DNA from: Sanchytrium tribonematis | Lineage: Eukaryota | Assembly: GCA_018985235.1 (NCBI GenBank) | Contig: JADGIG010000032.1 | Coordinates: 1-36,935, forward strand | Direction of reading: 5' to 3' | DNA length: 36,935 bases | Part shown: positions 1 to 11,518 of the stretch, in pieces | How the letters are laid out: each line of letters opens with the position of its first letter | Position numbering within the stretch: the stretch's first letter is position 1 | Notes under the pieces: model-generated | What the model saw: only the letters and a program-made list of their open reading frames with translations | Told to the model about the DNA's origin: nothing | Database searches by the model: none | Position numbers and translations under genes: made by a program

Positions 1-1
1 C

Positions 2-322
2 CACTATGCCACAAATCAAAGAGAGTTGGCTCAATATGTGGAGGACTCAAAGCACCTATCAAGTAATTCTGCGGTTGTATTTAGTCAAAGTGTCCCACAA
101 GAGGAGGACTTAATGGAGGTTTGGAGCACTTCTATAAATGATATTTTATGCCATGGTAAAGTCAGCCTCGAGCACGACTTAGATACGCAACAATTTACCG
201 AACTGAGTCTATCTTTGATAGGGATACCATTTGATGCATCCATAAGATCGAAAATTGAAGGTCTATACATTTTATTCAATGTCTATAATGAATTCAAAAA
301 TAGCGGGCATTTTAAATTTTAA
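2..322 (+). CDS. 3' end of a hypothetical protein (partial, starts upstream of window)
   Basis: Frame is open from nt 2 (HYATNQRELAQYVED...) to TAA at 320-322. The stop lies 13 nt from the convergent TOP1 stop. No recognisable motif. Confidence 0.6.
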   Translation, partial: HYATNQRELAQYVEDSKHLSSNSAVVFSQSVPQEEDLMEVWSTSINDILCHGKVSLEHDLDTQQFTELSLSLIGIPFDASIRSKIEGLYILFNVYNEFKNSGHFKF

Positions 323-335
323 GTAAATCACATAC

Positions 336-2505
336 TTAAAACTCCCAGTCTTTATCTACAGTTAGGGCCCATTTAAATTTTTCTCTGAGCGTTTTATTCA
401 ACATCTTCTCGATTGGAACATCATGGGTTTTGCACCAAGCAACTGTTATTCTAGGATCAATGTAGTTTTGCTTGGAAGTACCGAGGGCGGTCGTTTTACC
501 TTCATCTTTATCAACAATGGCTGTTTCATACTGTTCAAGTCGTGCAGTAAGTCGCTCATACTCCTTTAACAGACCATCTACAGTTTTACTCTTTTTAGGT
601 GCATTTTTCTTTTCCAAAAATTCATCCCATGAAATTTGTTCTTCCCCATTTTCTTTTCTCTTTTCTGAATCTTTTTCAAATTGCTTTTTGAGCTTCGCGG
701 CATTATTTTCTGCTTCAATTTCCAGATAGTCGGCAATCCACTCATCTGTTATTTCTTTTTCCTGATTAGATGTGTCTGGTAATTTGATTGTAGCACCACT
801 TTCGTAAATTTTTTCACGACATACAATTCTTTGATAAATAACAGCCAGGATTTTATCTCTCATTTTCTTCATCTGTCCATCGTGACCTTTGCTCACGGAT
901 TTCTGGTGATTGCATAATATGGCAACTTGCCGATTAGATCTATTAAATGCAAGCACTTTCTCACCCAAATTAGCATTTTTCGGGGTGCTTTTCAGCTCAA
1001 CTTGGAAGGTATGCGAAGCATTATAAGTACGAAATACTTTTGCAGTAAGACCTTTCATCAGACCATTCAAGTGCTTATTCAAGGAAGTAGTCTAAGTGAA
1101 TAAATTATACAGATAGCTTATCAAATAAATCTTGACCTTCGTCTTTGTCTTTCTTCAATTTTTTCAAATTTTCAAATACAATGTTTGGAACAGGAACCTC
1201 GTTGTGATATCTAATTGAGTCTTTACCTAAAAAGTCAAACACAATTACATTAGAGGGTTTAAAACTGACATGTTCCACCCTCAAAGAGCAGCATCCCACT
1301 GTGTCAGCCTCTTCGTCACCTTTTTCATTTCCAGCTCTTAATGCTAGTTTATCAATTAAGTACAAGGCAGTTGCTCTCTGCATGATTTCTAAATCTGTGC
1401 TTTTCAGATCTTGAGTGTAATCAATCCTGATCTTTTCAATAAATTTTCCAAGCTCTCTAGCTTTTTCAAATTTTTTTACGTCGCTTTGAGATTTCCACAT
1501 CGACCCATGCGATAGGAATACATACTTAAAATTATTATTCACATTTTCTTTCCACATTGCGAGCCAAGTCACATTTGGATTATGCACCACTTCCTTCCAT
1601 GGAAGATTGTAAGGATTTTTTGGTATTGGTGCGTCTTTAGCTATGTTTATAGTAACATCATTAGGCATCAGTCGCTTCTTTAATTTTCCAGTTTTGGGGT
1701 GTTTGCCTCTCCCTCTAAAGAGACCTGGCGGCTCAAGCCTAAAGTTACCAATTTTCTCCTTTCTTCCATCAATAATTGCTTTGCCATATTTCTCCTCGAT
1801 CTTTAATTTGTCTTCTTTGATAACCAATTTTTCTTCTTTAGTCATATTTTTTCTCTGGGTTTTGAGCTCTTCCAAATGTTGATGTATCAAGGTAAAATCA
1901 CATTTCTCAAATTCCCGGATAGGATAAGTATTTTCACAAGCATTTAAAACTTGCATGAAGTCATCGAAAAAATTTTTGCAAAATGTTGCATTTTGATGAT
2001 AGTCGGTATTGATGATTGCTGCAAAAAAGGTTGCCACTTCTTCTGCTTTCGGTTCAAGATGAACTTCTTCGCCATTGTAGATCAACGGAATTCCATGAGG
2101 TATATATTCGGGAGCAAAATACACACCTTGGTGTTCAAGCGTTTGCCACTTGACTTCCCCATCATCCAACAGTTGATCTATATCCACATCGCTCTGTTCC
2201 AAATCATCTTCTGTAGATTTTTGAGAAGATTTTCTGGGCTTTTTCAAATCAGCAACTTTTTTTGCTGGAATAGAGCCATTAGCTTTCTTTTCTATTTTTT
2301 TCTTTTTGCTTTTGGATTTAGATCGCTTATTAATTGCAATAGAATCAGAGTCGTCAGATTCCTCTTGGTAGGAATTTTTCGGCGCTTTCCGCTTCCTAGG
2401 TTTTGGCAAATCTTTGATCATTATTTCATCTGATTCAGCGTCTGAAGCTGGATTGGATCTCTCTTTGAGTTCTTTTAATTTCTTGAAATTTATGTCTGTT
2501 GCCAT
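336..2505 (-). CDS. TOP1: DNA topoisomerase I (type IB), 716 aa; exons 2505-1111 and 1091-336
   Basis: Motifs EPPGLFRGRG, LRAGNEK, DFLGKDSIRY, AKVFRTYNAS, LCNHQ and catalytic SKQNYIDPR. Removing the 19-nt intron gives DKLS|TTSLNKHL. Confidence 0.97.
1092..1110 (-). other. 19-nt spliceosomal intron in TOP1
   Basis: GTATAATTTATTCACTTAG; removal fuses the two TOP1 ORFs in frame. Confidence 0.93.
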
Positions 2506-2547
2506 TTTGTTACAAAAATTAAAAACTAACTAAAAAATTATTTATTT

Positions 2548-4553
2548 CTAATCTGGGTAGCTAGAAAGAGGATAACCTTGATCATAACGGCTATCATTTC
2601 TTCTCATTTTTAGTCTGTTATAGCGAGTTCTAATTCGAGGAATTGTACATCGTAAACAACCAATAAACATAAACAAAATGAGCAATAATAAAGCTATACC
2701 TAAATAAGGTTGGTCTTGAAAGTATGATATCAGCTGGTCGAAAATATTTTTGTACGCACAAGAACCATCTTTACAAAAGCCATTATATCCGCAACTTGTG
2801 CCGTCGATAAAATTACCAGTGAGCTGGACGCAAGCATTATAACTATTGGAATAACAGGTCAATTCACAGCTATTTTTAAGATCAGGACATGCCCCAGTCA
2901 TTCCAGATTTGCTACCACGAGCTTTGCATTGAATGTCCCTGCTAGTACAGAAGCCGCTTGCGCATTGCGCACTTACTCCATCTACCGCGCAAACTGTTCC
3001 GTCATCTTTATGAGTATCTGGAGGGCAATCGCCTGTATTTCCTTCACAAGTTTCTTCAAAGTCACAGTCTGGGTTGATGGCTTTTCGACAAGTACTGCCT
3101 TTTGATTTAAACTGACAATTATTGCAGCACAACTGGTTTTTGTCAGAACATTTGGCTCCATTTTTCAATTTACAATCCTTTGTGCAACAAGAATCTTTAT
3201 CGCATTGGTCTCCACAATCGCATTCTTCACCATCTTCTTTGATACCATTACCACAAACTTTGCCTTGAATAAGAGGTTTGCTGTTCGGTGGAAGAAGACA
3301 TTTGCCGTTGCTAGCTAAATTATTGCATATGTCTTTAATACTACAGGGAGAGAAATCATTCGACTTAATAGAAGCTGTTGGATTCATAATAAATTGACCA
3401 TTACAATCACAATTATCTGAACAAGGGCAACAACCTGAATTTGAAGCACCATTTGAGCAATCTAGTTTTGTACAGTCATGAACAGCTCCAAAATTATGTC
3501 CTATTTCGTGAGCGATGACTTGGAAACTGTCTCTGGAAGCCGCAGAGCTGACCCCGGCCCCGGATACTTGCTGCAATTTACCATCGACCTTTTGACTAAC
3601 CAATTCTGTCTCACAAACCTGATTCAGCCAAGCAACTCCAACCGTCGATCCGCTTGGACATGTCGTCACTATATAAGAATTATATTACCTAGATGCCATA
3701 GTCCAGCATCATTGCCACCATTAGTGGCCCGCCAAGACGAGAAATCTGACAATCTTTGAGTTATATCGTAATTGTCACTACAATCCTGATTCCACGTCGA
3801 GCTATCGGTTCCCGGACCGCATTCCATTTTTATATTGACTTTGAACAATCCCAGGCCTACATTAAATGTTCTTTCGTATATAGAGGAGGCCTGCGCAAAA
3901 TTTGAAATTAATTGCTGAACAATTTGACTTTGATCATTATCCAAAAGTCTGGCGTAAGTGCAATCAGTACTTGCGCCTAAATACAAGACTTTTTTATCTT
4001 GAGGACACCCTTGGGGGACATCCCTTTTACTTAATCTCAAAAAATACGGTTTTTTGCCTTGAATTATTTTGTTGTAAGGTAAATTGTGAGAGTTACAGCT
4101 CGGTGCTCCACTCAAATCAACAAGTTCTTCTTCTTTATATGAGATAAACTCAAATTTTTGTGGAGGATAAACATCATCCGATTTTCTGCTTCTGAGATAA
4201 ACAGATCTTTGCTTAATAATAAATGTTCCCTCTGTTGTAAGAATTCGACCTTCGTAAATTAAATTAGTTTGAGTTAATCGACCAACACCAATCTGTAAAT
4301 TTTGGAAAAGAACATCAACGTCGTAAACTTTAAATGTATTTTTGTGCAGTGCAGTTCTATTTAGATATTCAAATTGGATAATGGGATGAAAATTAATTGG
4401 CGTGAGCTTTAAATCGAATGTTTTGTTGTCTAATTTTAAATGTATCAAGGTATCATCCGAATGCAAACCTGTAAATTCTGCCCTGTTGATATTCCGAATT
4501 CCATCTAAAACCAATTGAGAGCCCAGGATAACATGCAAAAAAAGAAGCTGCAT
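2548..4553 (-). CDS. Fungal-type ADAM (disintegrin and metalloprotease), 661 aa; exons 4553-3689 and 3668-2548
   Basis: Hydrophobic N-terminus, prodomain, HEIGHNFGAVHD zinc motif, Met-turn FIMNP, disintegrin CGNGIKEDGEECDCG, Cys-rich region and C-terminal TM helix. Splicing gives GLWHL-VTTCPSG. Confidence 0.92.
3669..3688 (-). other. 20-nt spliceosomal intron in ADAM gene
   Basis: GTAATATAATTCTTATATAG; removal restores the frame inside the metalloprotease domain. Confidence 0.9.
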
Positions 4554-4666
4554 CAATTTTTCTCCTGTGTAAGCAATCAATTTAAAATGCAATTTCGATC
4601 ACAACTTGATTGGTTAAGAAATTGAAACCAATTTCAAAATTACAAAAAATTTATTGACAACTAAAA

Positions 4667-5258
4667 TTAATCCTTTAGCAAAGGTAAGGAAAAAAAGCCA
4701 GAATCTGGGAATTCTTGATGGTGCATGTGTTCATGCATTTGAAATGATCTTGTTCTTTCTTTTTTAACTTTTTGATACAACTGAATTGCGACTTGTTTCG
4801 CATTATCATATACATTATTATTATACATTCTAACGAAGATGGGGCATCTCATGAGATGGTTTTTTAATACGTCTGGCCGTCCACCTATTTTTATAAGCTT
4901 TCCACAATAATCGCAAGGGTATGGTGGAGCGTGAACCTACATTAATTTAATCTACGTTTTTGAGATGTCTAAGGGCGGTGCTTTGATCACAAAATTGTTT
5001 TTTACAAACGGGACAAACTGGGTCACCGCTGATTAAAGCGTTTCGTTTTTTCTTCTGGATAGGTTTTACTAAAGGTGGAAGGGGTAACTGAAATGGCGGA
5101 AGGGGTTGAAATTCCTCGAACCCGCAATATAGATTTAGTTTAATATCCATTTCTTCAAGATCGTGAGAGAGCATTCTTTTTGTTTCAACTTCGGTCAATG
5201 ACGCGAACGTCTGGTTTTGAAAGCCAAGATTTAAACGTGGAATGTAGACGGCATTCAT
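4667..5258 (-). CDS. Zinc-finger protein (C2H2 finger followed by a C2HC finger), 190 aa; exons 5258-4956 and 4936-4667
   Basis: Spliced product reads CPVCKKQFCDQSTALRHLKN|VHAPPYPCDYCGKLIKIGGRPDVLKNHLMRC. The second His of finger 1 appears only after splicing. Confidence 0.8.
4937..4955 (-). other. 19-nt spliceosomal intron in zinc-finger gene
   Basis: GTAGATTAAATTAATGTAG; joins ORFs 4947-5258 and 4667-4852 and completes the zinc finger. Confidence 0.88.
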
Positions 5259-5368
5259 TAAGTATTACTGGTAATAGAAGCATAAAAGTCTAAAGGTATA
5301 AAACAGTCGCTGGCTCATTCTAAAGGTCATGGCATTTTGACTTTACGTATTTATTCATTATAGAGACT

Positions 5369-6040
5369 TCATCCAATAACAAGCTTACCTTCATCAGTAA
5401 ATTGATGAGGAGGAATTTCCAGATTAAGAGGAGCCGGACCTTTTCGAATTCTGCCGCTGATGTCATAGTGACTACCGTGGCAGGGACAGTACCAGCCACC
5501 ATAGTCTCCAGAATTGCCTATTGGCACGCAACCTAAATGAGTGCAAACTCCTAGCATCACAAGCCATTCGGGATTTGTAGCACGGTCTTCGTCCTGTTCA
5601 GGATCTCGCAGAGTAGATATATTGACAGCTTTTGCTTCTTCAATTTCGCCCTGAGTTCGATGTCTGATAAAAATTGGCTTTCCTCTCCATTTAATCACAA
5701 TGTTCGTAGCTTCTGGAATTGCAGCTAAGTCGACTTCTACTTTGGCTAAAGCGAGAACATCAGCAGAAGCACTTAAATTTCCTAGAAAATCATGAACTGT
5801 ATTCTTCGCAGCAACAGTAGCCAACGCACCTGCGGAACCGACCATCGCATAAGCTAATTTGGAATTACCCTCAGTTCCTTCTTGATGATCAAAGGTTGGA
5901 GGAGCAGTATAATATCTCTTTTGAATAAAAGATTTGGGTGTAGGTGTAAATTGAGAGGAAGATTTAGTAGAGGTGCTTTTCATCATGGAAATTTTGCTTT
6001 TCACATTAGTTCTCCCAATTGATGTGAAGCTCTTCAACAT
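5369..6040 (-). CDS. RIP1: Cytochrome bc1 Rieske iron-sulfur subunit, mitochondrial
   Basis: Rieske motifs CTHLGC and [33 protein letters not shown]; Ser/Lys-rich presequence. Confidence 0.97.
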   Translation of the reverse strand: MLKSFTSIGRTNVKSKISMMKSTSTKSSSQFTPTPKSFIQKRYYTAPPTFDHQEGTEGNSKLAYAMVGSAGALATVAAKNTVHDFLGNLSASADVLALAKVEVDLAAIPEATNIVIKWRGKPIFIRHRTQGEIEEAKAVNISTLRDPEQDEDRATNPEWLVMLGVCTHLGCVPIGNSGDYGGWYCPCHGSHYDISGRIRKGPAPLNLEIPPHQFTDEGKLVIG

Positions 6041-6073
6041 CTTGAATCAAGGAGATTTTTCCAAGAATTTATT

Positions 6074-6463
6074 TTATAAATTTTTACAAGCTGCCATGGA
6101 GATCATGCAATTACTAAAATCAAAAGGAACAGAAAGCATATTGCTTAAGTATGAGTTGTCTGGACAAAATTCGATAACTTGGCCTTTGATGTGAATTTTT
6201 GATTGATCAGATTCATAGACTATTGCTATGTTTGCGGTTTTCTCATTGATTCCAAAATATTCTAACGAACGTTTCACGCTCTTGAAAGGAGATAGGTAAT
6301 GTAGCAAATTATTAGAGTTGTTGTCTTTAATTTTGTTGTATTGGGCAATGTGAATATTTTTAAGACTTGGAATTGATGACATATTAAATATCGAATAGCC
6401 TTTGTTGCAGTACTGTAATAAATATGCTGGATCTTCGTTTAGTTTATAAAATTCTATTTGCAT
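6074..6463 (-). CDS. CGI121: Probable KEOPS subunit Cgi121/TPRKB (divergent)
   Basis: LLHYLSPFKSVKRSLEYFGI resembles the conserved Cgi121 segment (I-x-x-x-L-S-P...S-L-x-x-F-G-I). The size and the C-terminal MAACKNL fit. Confidence 0.65.
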   Translation of the reverse strand: MQIEFYKLNEDPAYLLQYCNKGYSIFNMSSIPSLKNIHIAQYNKIKDNNSNNLLHYLSPFKSVKRSLEYFGINEKTANIAIVYESDQSKIHIKGQVIEFCPDNSYLSNMLSVPFDFSNCMISMAACKNL

Positions 6464-6493
6464 TAAAATTTACACAACTTCTCCAAGTATCAA

Positions 6494-7916
6494 ATGCTTG
6501 ACATTTTGATTCTAAAGCAATCAAATGAATTGGAATTACTGAAAAAAAGTGAAAAGAGCCGCAACTCAAAGTTGAGTATTGATGAGATAGTTAAGCTCGA
6601 CGACGAATACAGAGCAACTAAATACGAAATGGACAATACAAATCGGAAATTCAATGAAATTTGCAAAGAAATGGGTAATTTATACAAAAAAAAAGATAAA
6701 TCAAATGAGGAAACTAAAAAAATTGAAGTTTTGAAATCAGAAAAGTTATTGATCGAAAATAACAAAAAGCAATTGATCCAATCTCAACAAACTAAATTAG
6801 ATAATTTATTGAAAGTATGGAAGAGCGTCGGAAATCTTGTTCATCCGAGTGTAAAAGTGTCAAACGATGAATCTGATAATGAAATTATCCGCAAGTGGGA
6901 TCCGCATTTAGAGCAAGTTCCAGATTCTAATATCCTTAAGCCTAAAACTCCACTTTCTCACCACCAAATTTTGGATTTGATCGGTGGATACTCTCCAGAT
7001 CAAGGCGTCAAGGTAGCAGGCCACCGTGGATATTTTCTGACTGGCGTAGGATGTAAACTATGGAGGGCATTAAGTAATTATGGTATTGACTTTTTAGAAG
7101 AACGAGAATACAGCCAAGTTTATACTCCGTTTTACATGAAAAAAGAAGTTATGGCGAGGACTGCCCAGTTGTCACAATTTGACGAAGAATTGTACAAAAT
7201 GGTAGGCGAAGAAGAAGCGTACCTGATTGCAACATCCGAGCAGCCATTATCCGCTTACCACATGAATGAATGGATAGAGCCTTCGAAACTGCCAATAAAG
7301 TATGCTGGATATTCGACTTGCTTCAGAAAAGAGGCAGGGTCTCATGGCAAAGATACTTGGGGAATATTTAGAATTCATCAGTTTGAAAAAATTGAACAGT
7401 TTGTATTAACTTCTCCTGAAAAGAGTTGGGAAATGCATGAATCGATGCTATCTGCGGCGGAAGACTTTTATCAAAGCGTAAACTTATTTTATTTAGTTGA
7501 ATGTTTCCTACAGAGTTGTCTCTATTGTTTCTGGTGCTTTAAACAATGCTGCTGCAAAAAAATACGACCTGGAGGCCTGGTTTCCCTTTCAGAACGAATA
7601 TAAAGAGCTAGTTTCATGTTCGAATTGTACAGACTATCAGTCTCGAGATTTGGAAATCCGTTACGGAACATCGGGTAAAGGAAAAGGTAATGAGTCTACA
7701 GAATCCGATGAAAAGAAATATGTGCATTTATTGAATTCGACTCTTTGTGCAGTCCAGAGAGCTTTGTGCTGCATTTTGGAAACATATCAGACAGATGAAG
7801 GCGTTGTTGTACCGAAAGTCCTACGAAATTATGTTGGTAAAGATTTTTTACCATTTGTTAAAAGTAAGGAAGAAATTTCAAAAGTTAATGCTAAGATTAA
7901 AAAAGGATCAAAGTAA
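6494..7916 (+). CDS. SES1: Cytosolic seryl-tRNA synthetase, 467 aa; exons 6494-7477 and 7497-7916
   Basis: Begins MLDI; motifs LIATSEQP, CFRKEAGSHGKDTWGIFRIHQFEKIEQF, ELVSCSNCTDYQSR. Splicing gives FYQS|LNVSYRVV. Confidence 0.97.
7478..7496 (+). other. 19-nt spliceosomal intron in SerRS
   Basis: GTAAACTTATTTTATTTAG; removal repairs the frame switch between the two SerRS ORFs. Confidence 0.94.
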
Positions 7917-7921
7917 ATATT

Positions 7922-8365
7922 TTACTGAGAAAGATTCCTATTTTGATGATCCAAAGGCAACTCATTTTCATCGGCACCATCAGAACCCGGTTGGCCAATT
8001 GATACATCATCATCATCATTCTCACCAAATCTGATAAATGGTTCGCGTATTCTTATTCTTGGCTCGATCCTCTCGGTAGTATAGGATGGTCTTTGCTGAC
8101 TACTGTACAAAATTCTATCTAATAATTCTGACAATTCATGGTTATGAATATGCTCTTGAGGCTCCACTTCAGGTTCATCGAATTCGTCCTCAATATCCTC
8201 CTCCTCATCGATGTCATCATCGTCTTCCTCTACTCTAGGATAAGGATAATTTGAATGCGAATTTTGTAGAGTTATATCTCTGAAGTTTGAAATTGGTTGA
8301 TGAAAGGTCCCTTGGTAGTTTCTTAATGTGAAGGGAAGTTGTGAGTTTCTTAGTAGTCCGGGCAT
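7922..8365 (-). CDS. Hypothetical acidic, probably disordered protein (147 aa)
   Basis: ATG-initiated ORF filling the space between neighbours, with D/E tracts. The stop lies within CAGTAAA like other genes here. Confidence 0.7.
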   Translation of the reverse strand: MPGLLRNSQLPFTLRNYQGTFHQPISNFRDITLQNSHSNYPYPRVEEDDDDIDEEEDIEDEFDEPEVEPQEHIHNHELSELLDRILYSSQQRPSYTTERIEPRIRIREPFIRFGENDDDDVSIGQPGSDGADENELPLDHQNRNLSQ

Positions 8366-8444
8366 CTCAAATTTATTTTGAAAAAAGGGCCACTTTTTGG
8401 CTTTTTCATCGTGTTTTCATTTTCAATTTTGTAACAAAAATTAG

Positions 8445-8642
8445 ATGAACTTTGAATCTATCAAACCTTCGAGATTAAATATTAAAAAAAAGAATCAATT
8501 ACAGAAATCCAATAAGACAAAAGCTCAAAAAAATGCGGAAGAGGCTATGAGAACGAGAATAAAACCAGAATTTGCAACACATTCAGAAAAAATACGGAAA
8601 TTGAATAAGCAACTGGAAAAGGTAGTAGACTCGTTTGACTAG
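8445..8642 (+). CDS. Small basic protein, FAM32A/DUF1754-like
   Basis: KTKAQKNAEEAMRTR...ATHSEKIRKLNKQL resembles the FAM32A core (T-x-A...TH-x-E-K/R...N-x-x-L). The family's usual C-terminal motif is absent. Confidence 0.5.
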   Translation: MNFESIKPSRLNIKKKNQLQKSNKTKAQKNAEEAMRTRIKPEFATHSEKIRKLNKQLEKVVDSFD

Positions 8643-8648
8643 TAAAAT

Positions 8649-11481
8649 TTATTCATTATCACTATCAATTGTAAGGCCTTTAGAGGGTCGCTTATAAATT
8701 TCTTTATCAGCAGCTATGTTGTCGGGCTGTTCAGGCTGCTTTTCCAAGTCATTCCTTTTCTTTCGTTTCCCCGATTTCGCTTTCTTCTTAATTTTATCAT
8801 CTTCTGAATTTGTTCTTTTTCTTGATTCCTCAGTGTATAACATCTCTTTCATTTTTTCTAAAAGTTGAACTCGCTCTTCCGAAAGCTCTTCCTGATCCTC
8901 TACCTTTTCAAATGTCATTTCTTTGACCTCTGTCATATCGGGCATGGTTGCTCTAGTTTTTTCTGACTTTAAAAAATGTTCATGTAAATTTCTTAGATTT
9001 TTGACGTCGTTTTCATAATCAAATAGTTTTCCAACTACTGAAGAAACATCAAGAAGTTGACGAAAGTGTTTATCTTCTATTGCCAATTTTATAGATTTCA
9101 AGCCAATTTCTGCCAGCTTTATTTTTTCATCACTGACAAATGCAGCATTCTTTAAAAAAAACTGTGATGTTTCAGACAATAATTTGTAAAAGTCAATAAA
9201 ATTTCGAAGGTGTGAAGGATTTTGAAAAGCGCATCTCTGGGAATATAATAAAGCCGATGAAAGCTCACTCTCATTGGATGTTATCAATGATGATTTGAAG
9301 TAAGCCCTTGAAATGTAAAATAGTAATTTTCCAAAAGTATTATCAGCGATTTCTAAATGCGCCAACGCAATTAGATACTCTTGAACTGCTTCCGTATATC
9401 TTGCTTCTTGCATTAGCAAATGAGCGTAGTTTGTTTGAATCATTATAATTTGTGGATGCGAAGCTCGAAGAATATTTAATTGTTGCAAGGCTTCGTGATT
9501 TTTACCTAATTTGTGCAACAATATGATAAAGGCATTTGCTACATACGGATTTTTTGGACTCAGTTGAAAAGCCACTTTAAACCATTTCAAAGCATTTTCG
9601 CACATTTTTTTAATTTCATTTTCATTAACTTTACCTAATTTGTTTTGCTTGCTTTCAAGAATATTAAGAAAGCAATTGCCCATATACAAAATTACCAAAA
9701 CACTAGATCTATCAATTTTGTTTAATTCGCTAAACAGAATCGCGGAAGAGTCGGGTTCATGCTTATTTGCCCAATATGCCAAATAAAATCTCGCCATAAA
9801 GTTTTCTGGATTTTCTTTGATTAGAGCCTCCAATTCGTCTTTTGGATTTTCACCGTGAATAGCAAGATAAAACGACAATCTTCGAATTACTAGATTAATC
9901 AAAATAACCATGTTCATGTAAGTCGCTGTCGAGCAAATCCTTATATTTCGAATATGCAGATTTTGGATCAGACACCTCTAGAAGTCGTAATTGATTAAAG
10001 CGCAATATGTTTAGCATATTACCTTGATGCTTCAATTGATTTAAAATAGATTCGATTTGGCCTAAAATGCATTTACAGTCACTATATCGCTTTTGATCAA
10101 ATAACAAAGCAGAATAGACTGTTAGATCTTTGACAACCTGCAAATTTGAACCATCTGCGTGAAAATATTGCAGAGCTTCTGGTTTGTTACTCATTCGATA
10201 AATTCGACCTTGTAAGCGAAAAAGGTCATTTTCGGTGAAGTACTTTTCACAATTTTCAATTTTAAATAGTATGTCCATTGATTTTTGAGCATGATTTAAG
10301 TGATTATAAAACTCTATTAAATGATTTCTTTTCTCGTCAGTTTTTTTCAGATCAAGCAGTTCAAATTTTCGCAACCTTAAAGAAATCTCGACATGCGACC
10401 AAGCTTTTAAAAATAAAATACTGATTGATAAAGCCTCATTGTTACTTGAAAGTAAGTTTTCAACTTTCTTTATCCTATTTAAAAACAATTCTGGAGATTT
10501 GTCATCCAAAAGGCAAAGCTGTGCGTGGTAGACAACAGATGGTTCGTCTCTAGTTTCACTTGCCATAAATTTATACATTTTTCTCGCCTTATCGAATTGT
10601 TTTTCAAAGTGAAATATCAAACCTAGACCCTTAGCAGCTAAGCATTTTATCTTCTTTGTTTGAGAATGGTCGTAAACAAACTGGAAAAGAATTTTGGACT
10701 TTTCGTAGGAACGTTCTAAGAAATAAATTTCTGCCAATTTCGAGATCATTCCCATATCGGGTCTAAGTGAATACTCTAATGCTTTTTTTAAGCACACAAT
10801 TCCCAATTTATCACTTTTTTTTAATAAAATTACACTAAGTAAATGCAAAGCTCTCTCATTTTTAGAATTGGTTGCCAAAATGTTGTGGCAAGCTAATTCC
10901 GCTTCTTTGTTCAGGCCCAAAGCTTCATAGCAAACAGCAATCTGTATCTTAATAGGCAAACCATCTATCTCCAAGTGATACGCCCATCTGAGAATTTTTT
11001 GAAATGCATCCAGCGCTTTTTCGTATAATTCCAATTGAACTAAACATAATCCGCGTATAAATTCAACTGAAGGCAAAAGGCTGACCAAATTTTGTTGATA
11101 AGCCTTTTTATATACTGAAAGGCAACCTGATAAACAGGTTTTGTAATCTTGCTGTAAATAGTAGAGTAAGACTTTCAAAAATTCAGATTGACAGGCCAAC
11201 ATATCGATTTTTTCAATTTCATCAATTGTGGCATTTAGCTGTTGCTTCTCCGTATTGCAAAAATGAGTTATACCTTTTAATAATTGACAAACCAATGTTA
11301 ATGGAAATTGCAAGTTACTTTCAAATTCAGTAGGTTGTTGCAATTCATTCATTAATAATCGAAAATGATGGTCATCAAGATCATGCGTACACAAAATTGG
11401 AAGAAGTTTAGAATAATGATCTACCACATCAGGTTTAGCAACTTCTAAAGTTTTCCCATTGTTCAGATTAAACTTTAACAT
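8649..11481 (-). CDS. Large TPR-repeat protein, probably divergent Paf1-complex subunit Ctr9, about 937 aa; exons 11481-9909 and 9889-8649
   Basis: TPR-like helices throughout (FKVAFQLSPKNPYVANA, TNYAHLLM) and a charged C-terminal tail ending TIDSDNE, as in Ctr9. Start placed at ATG 11481 because the longer ORF overlaps the transporter stop. Confidence 0.6.
9890..9908 (-). other. 19-nt spliceosomal intron in TPR gene (GTT donor)
   Basis: GTTATTTTGATTAATCTAG; joins the two ORFs in frame (LHEH-VIRRLSF) and matches the TNAYNTAG 3' consensus. Confidence 0.85.
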
Positions 11482-11518
11482 TTTGAAATCTCCGTGGAAA
11501 ACATAAATTTTATTTAGG

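Noticed and set aside
1105..1107. Stop-codon reassignment (TAA/TAG read as Gln, as in some aphelids and ciliates)
   Set aside because: Internal stops fall inside introns or follow frame changes, and TAA/TAG end conserved proteins at their expected termini.
472..2433. Antisense ORFs opposite TOP1 (and similar ones opposite CCT5, RRP42, PrxQ, SLA1 and the NRPS)
   Set aside because: They lie wholly opposite well-supported genes, have no motifs, and show the composition expected of reverse-strand shadows.
7478..7603. Split ORFs read as pseudogenes, programmed frameshifts or sequencing errors
   Set aside because: Every break contains a GT...TAG segment of 19-20 nt with the same 3' consensus, and its exact removal restores the frame and, where recognisable, conserved residues of essential genes.
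8622..8642. Possible 21-nt (or 18-nt) intron GTAGTAGACTCGTTTGACTAG at the end of the FAM32A-like ORF
   Set aside because: It lacks the A at -6 seen in all 12 introns, and removal leads directly into TAA with no further exon.
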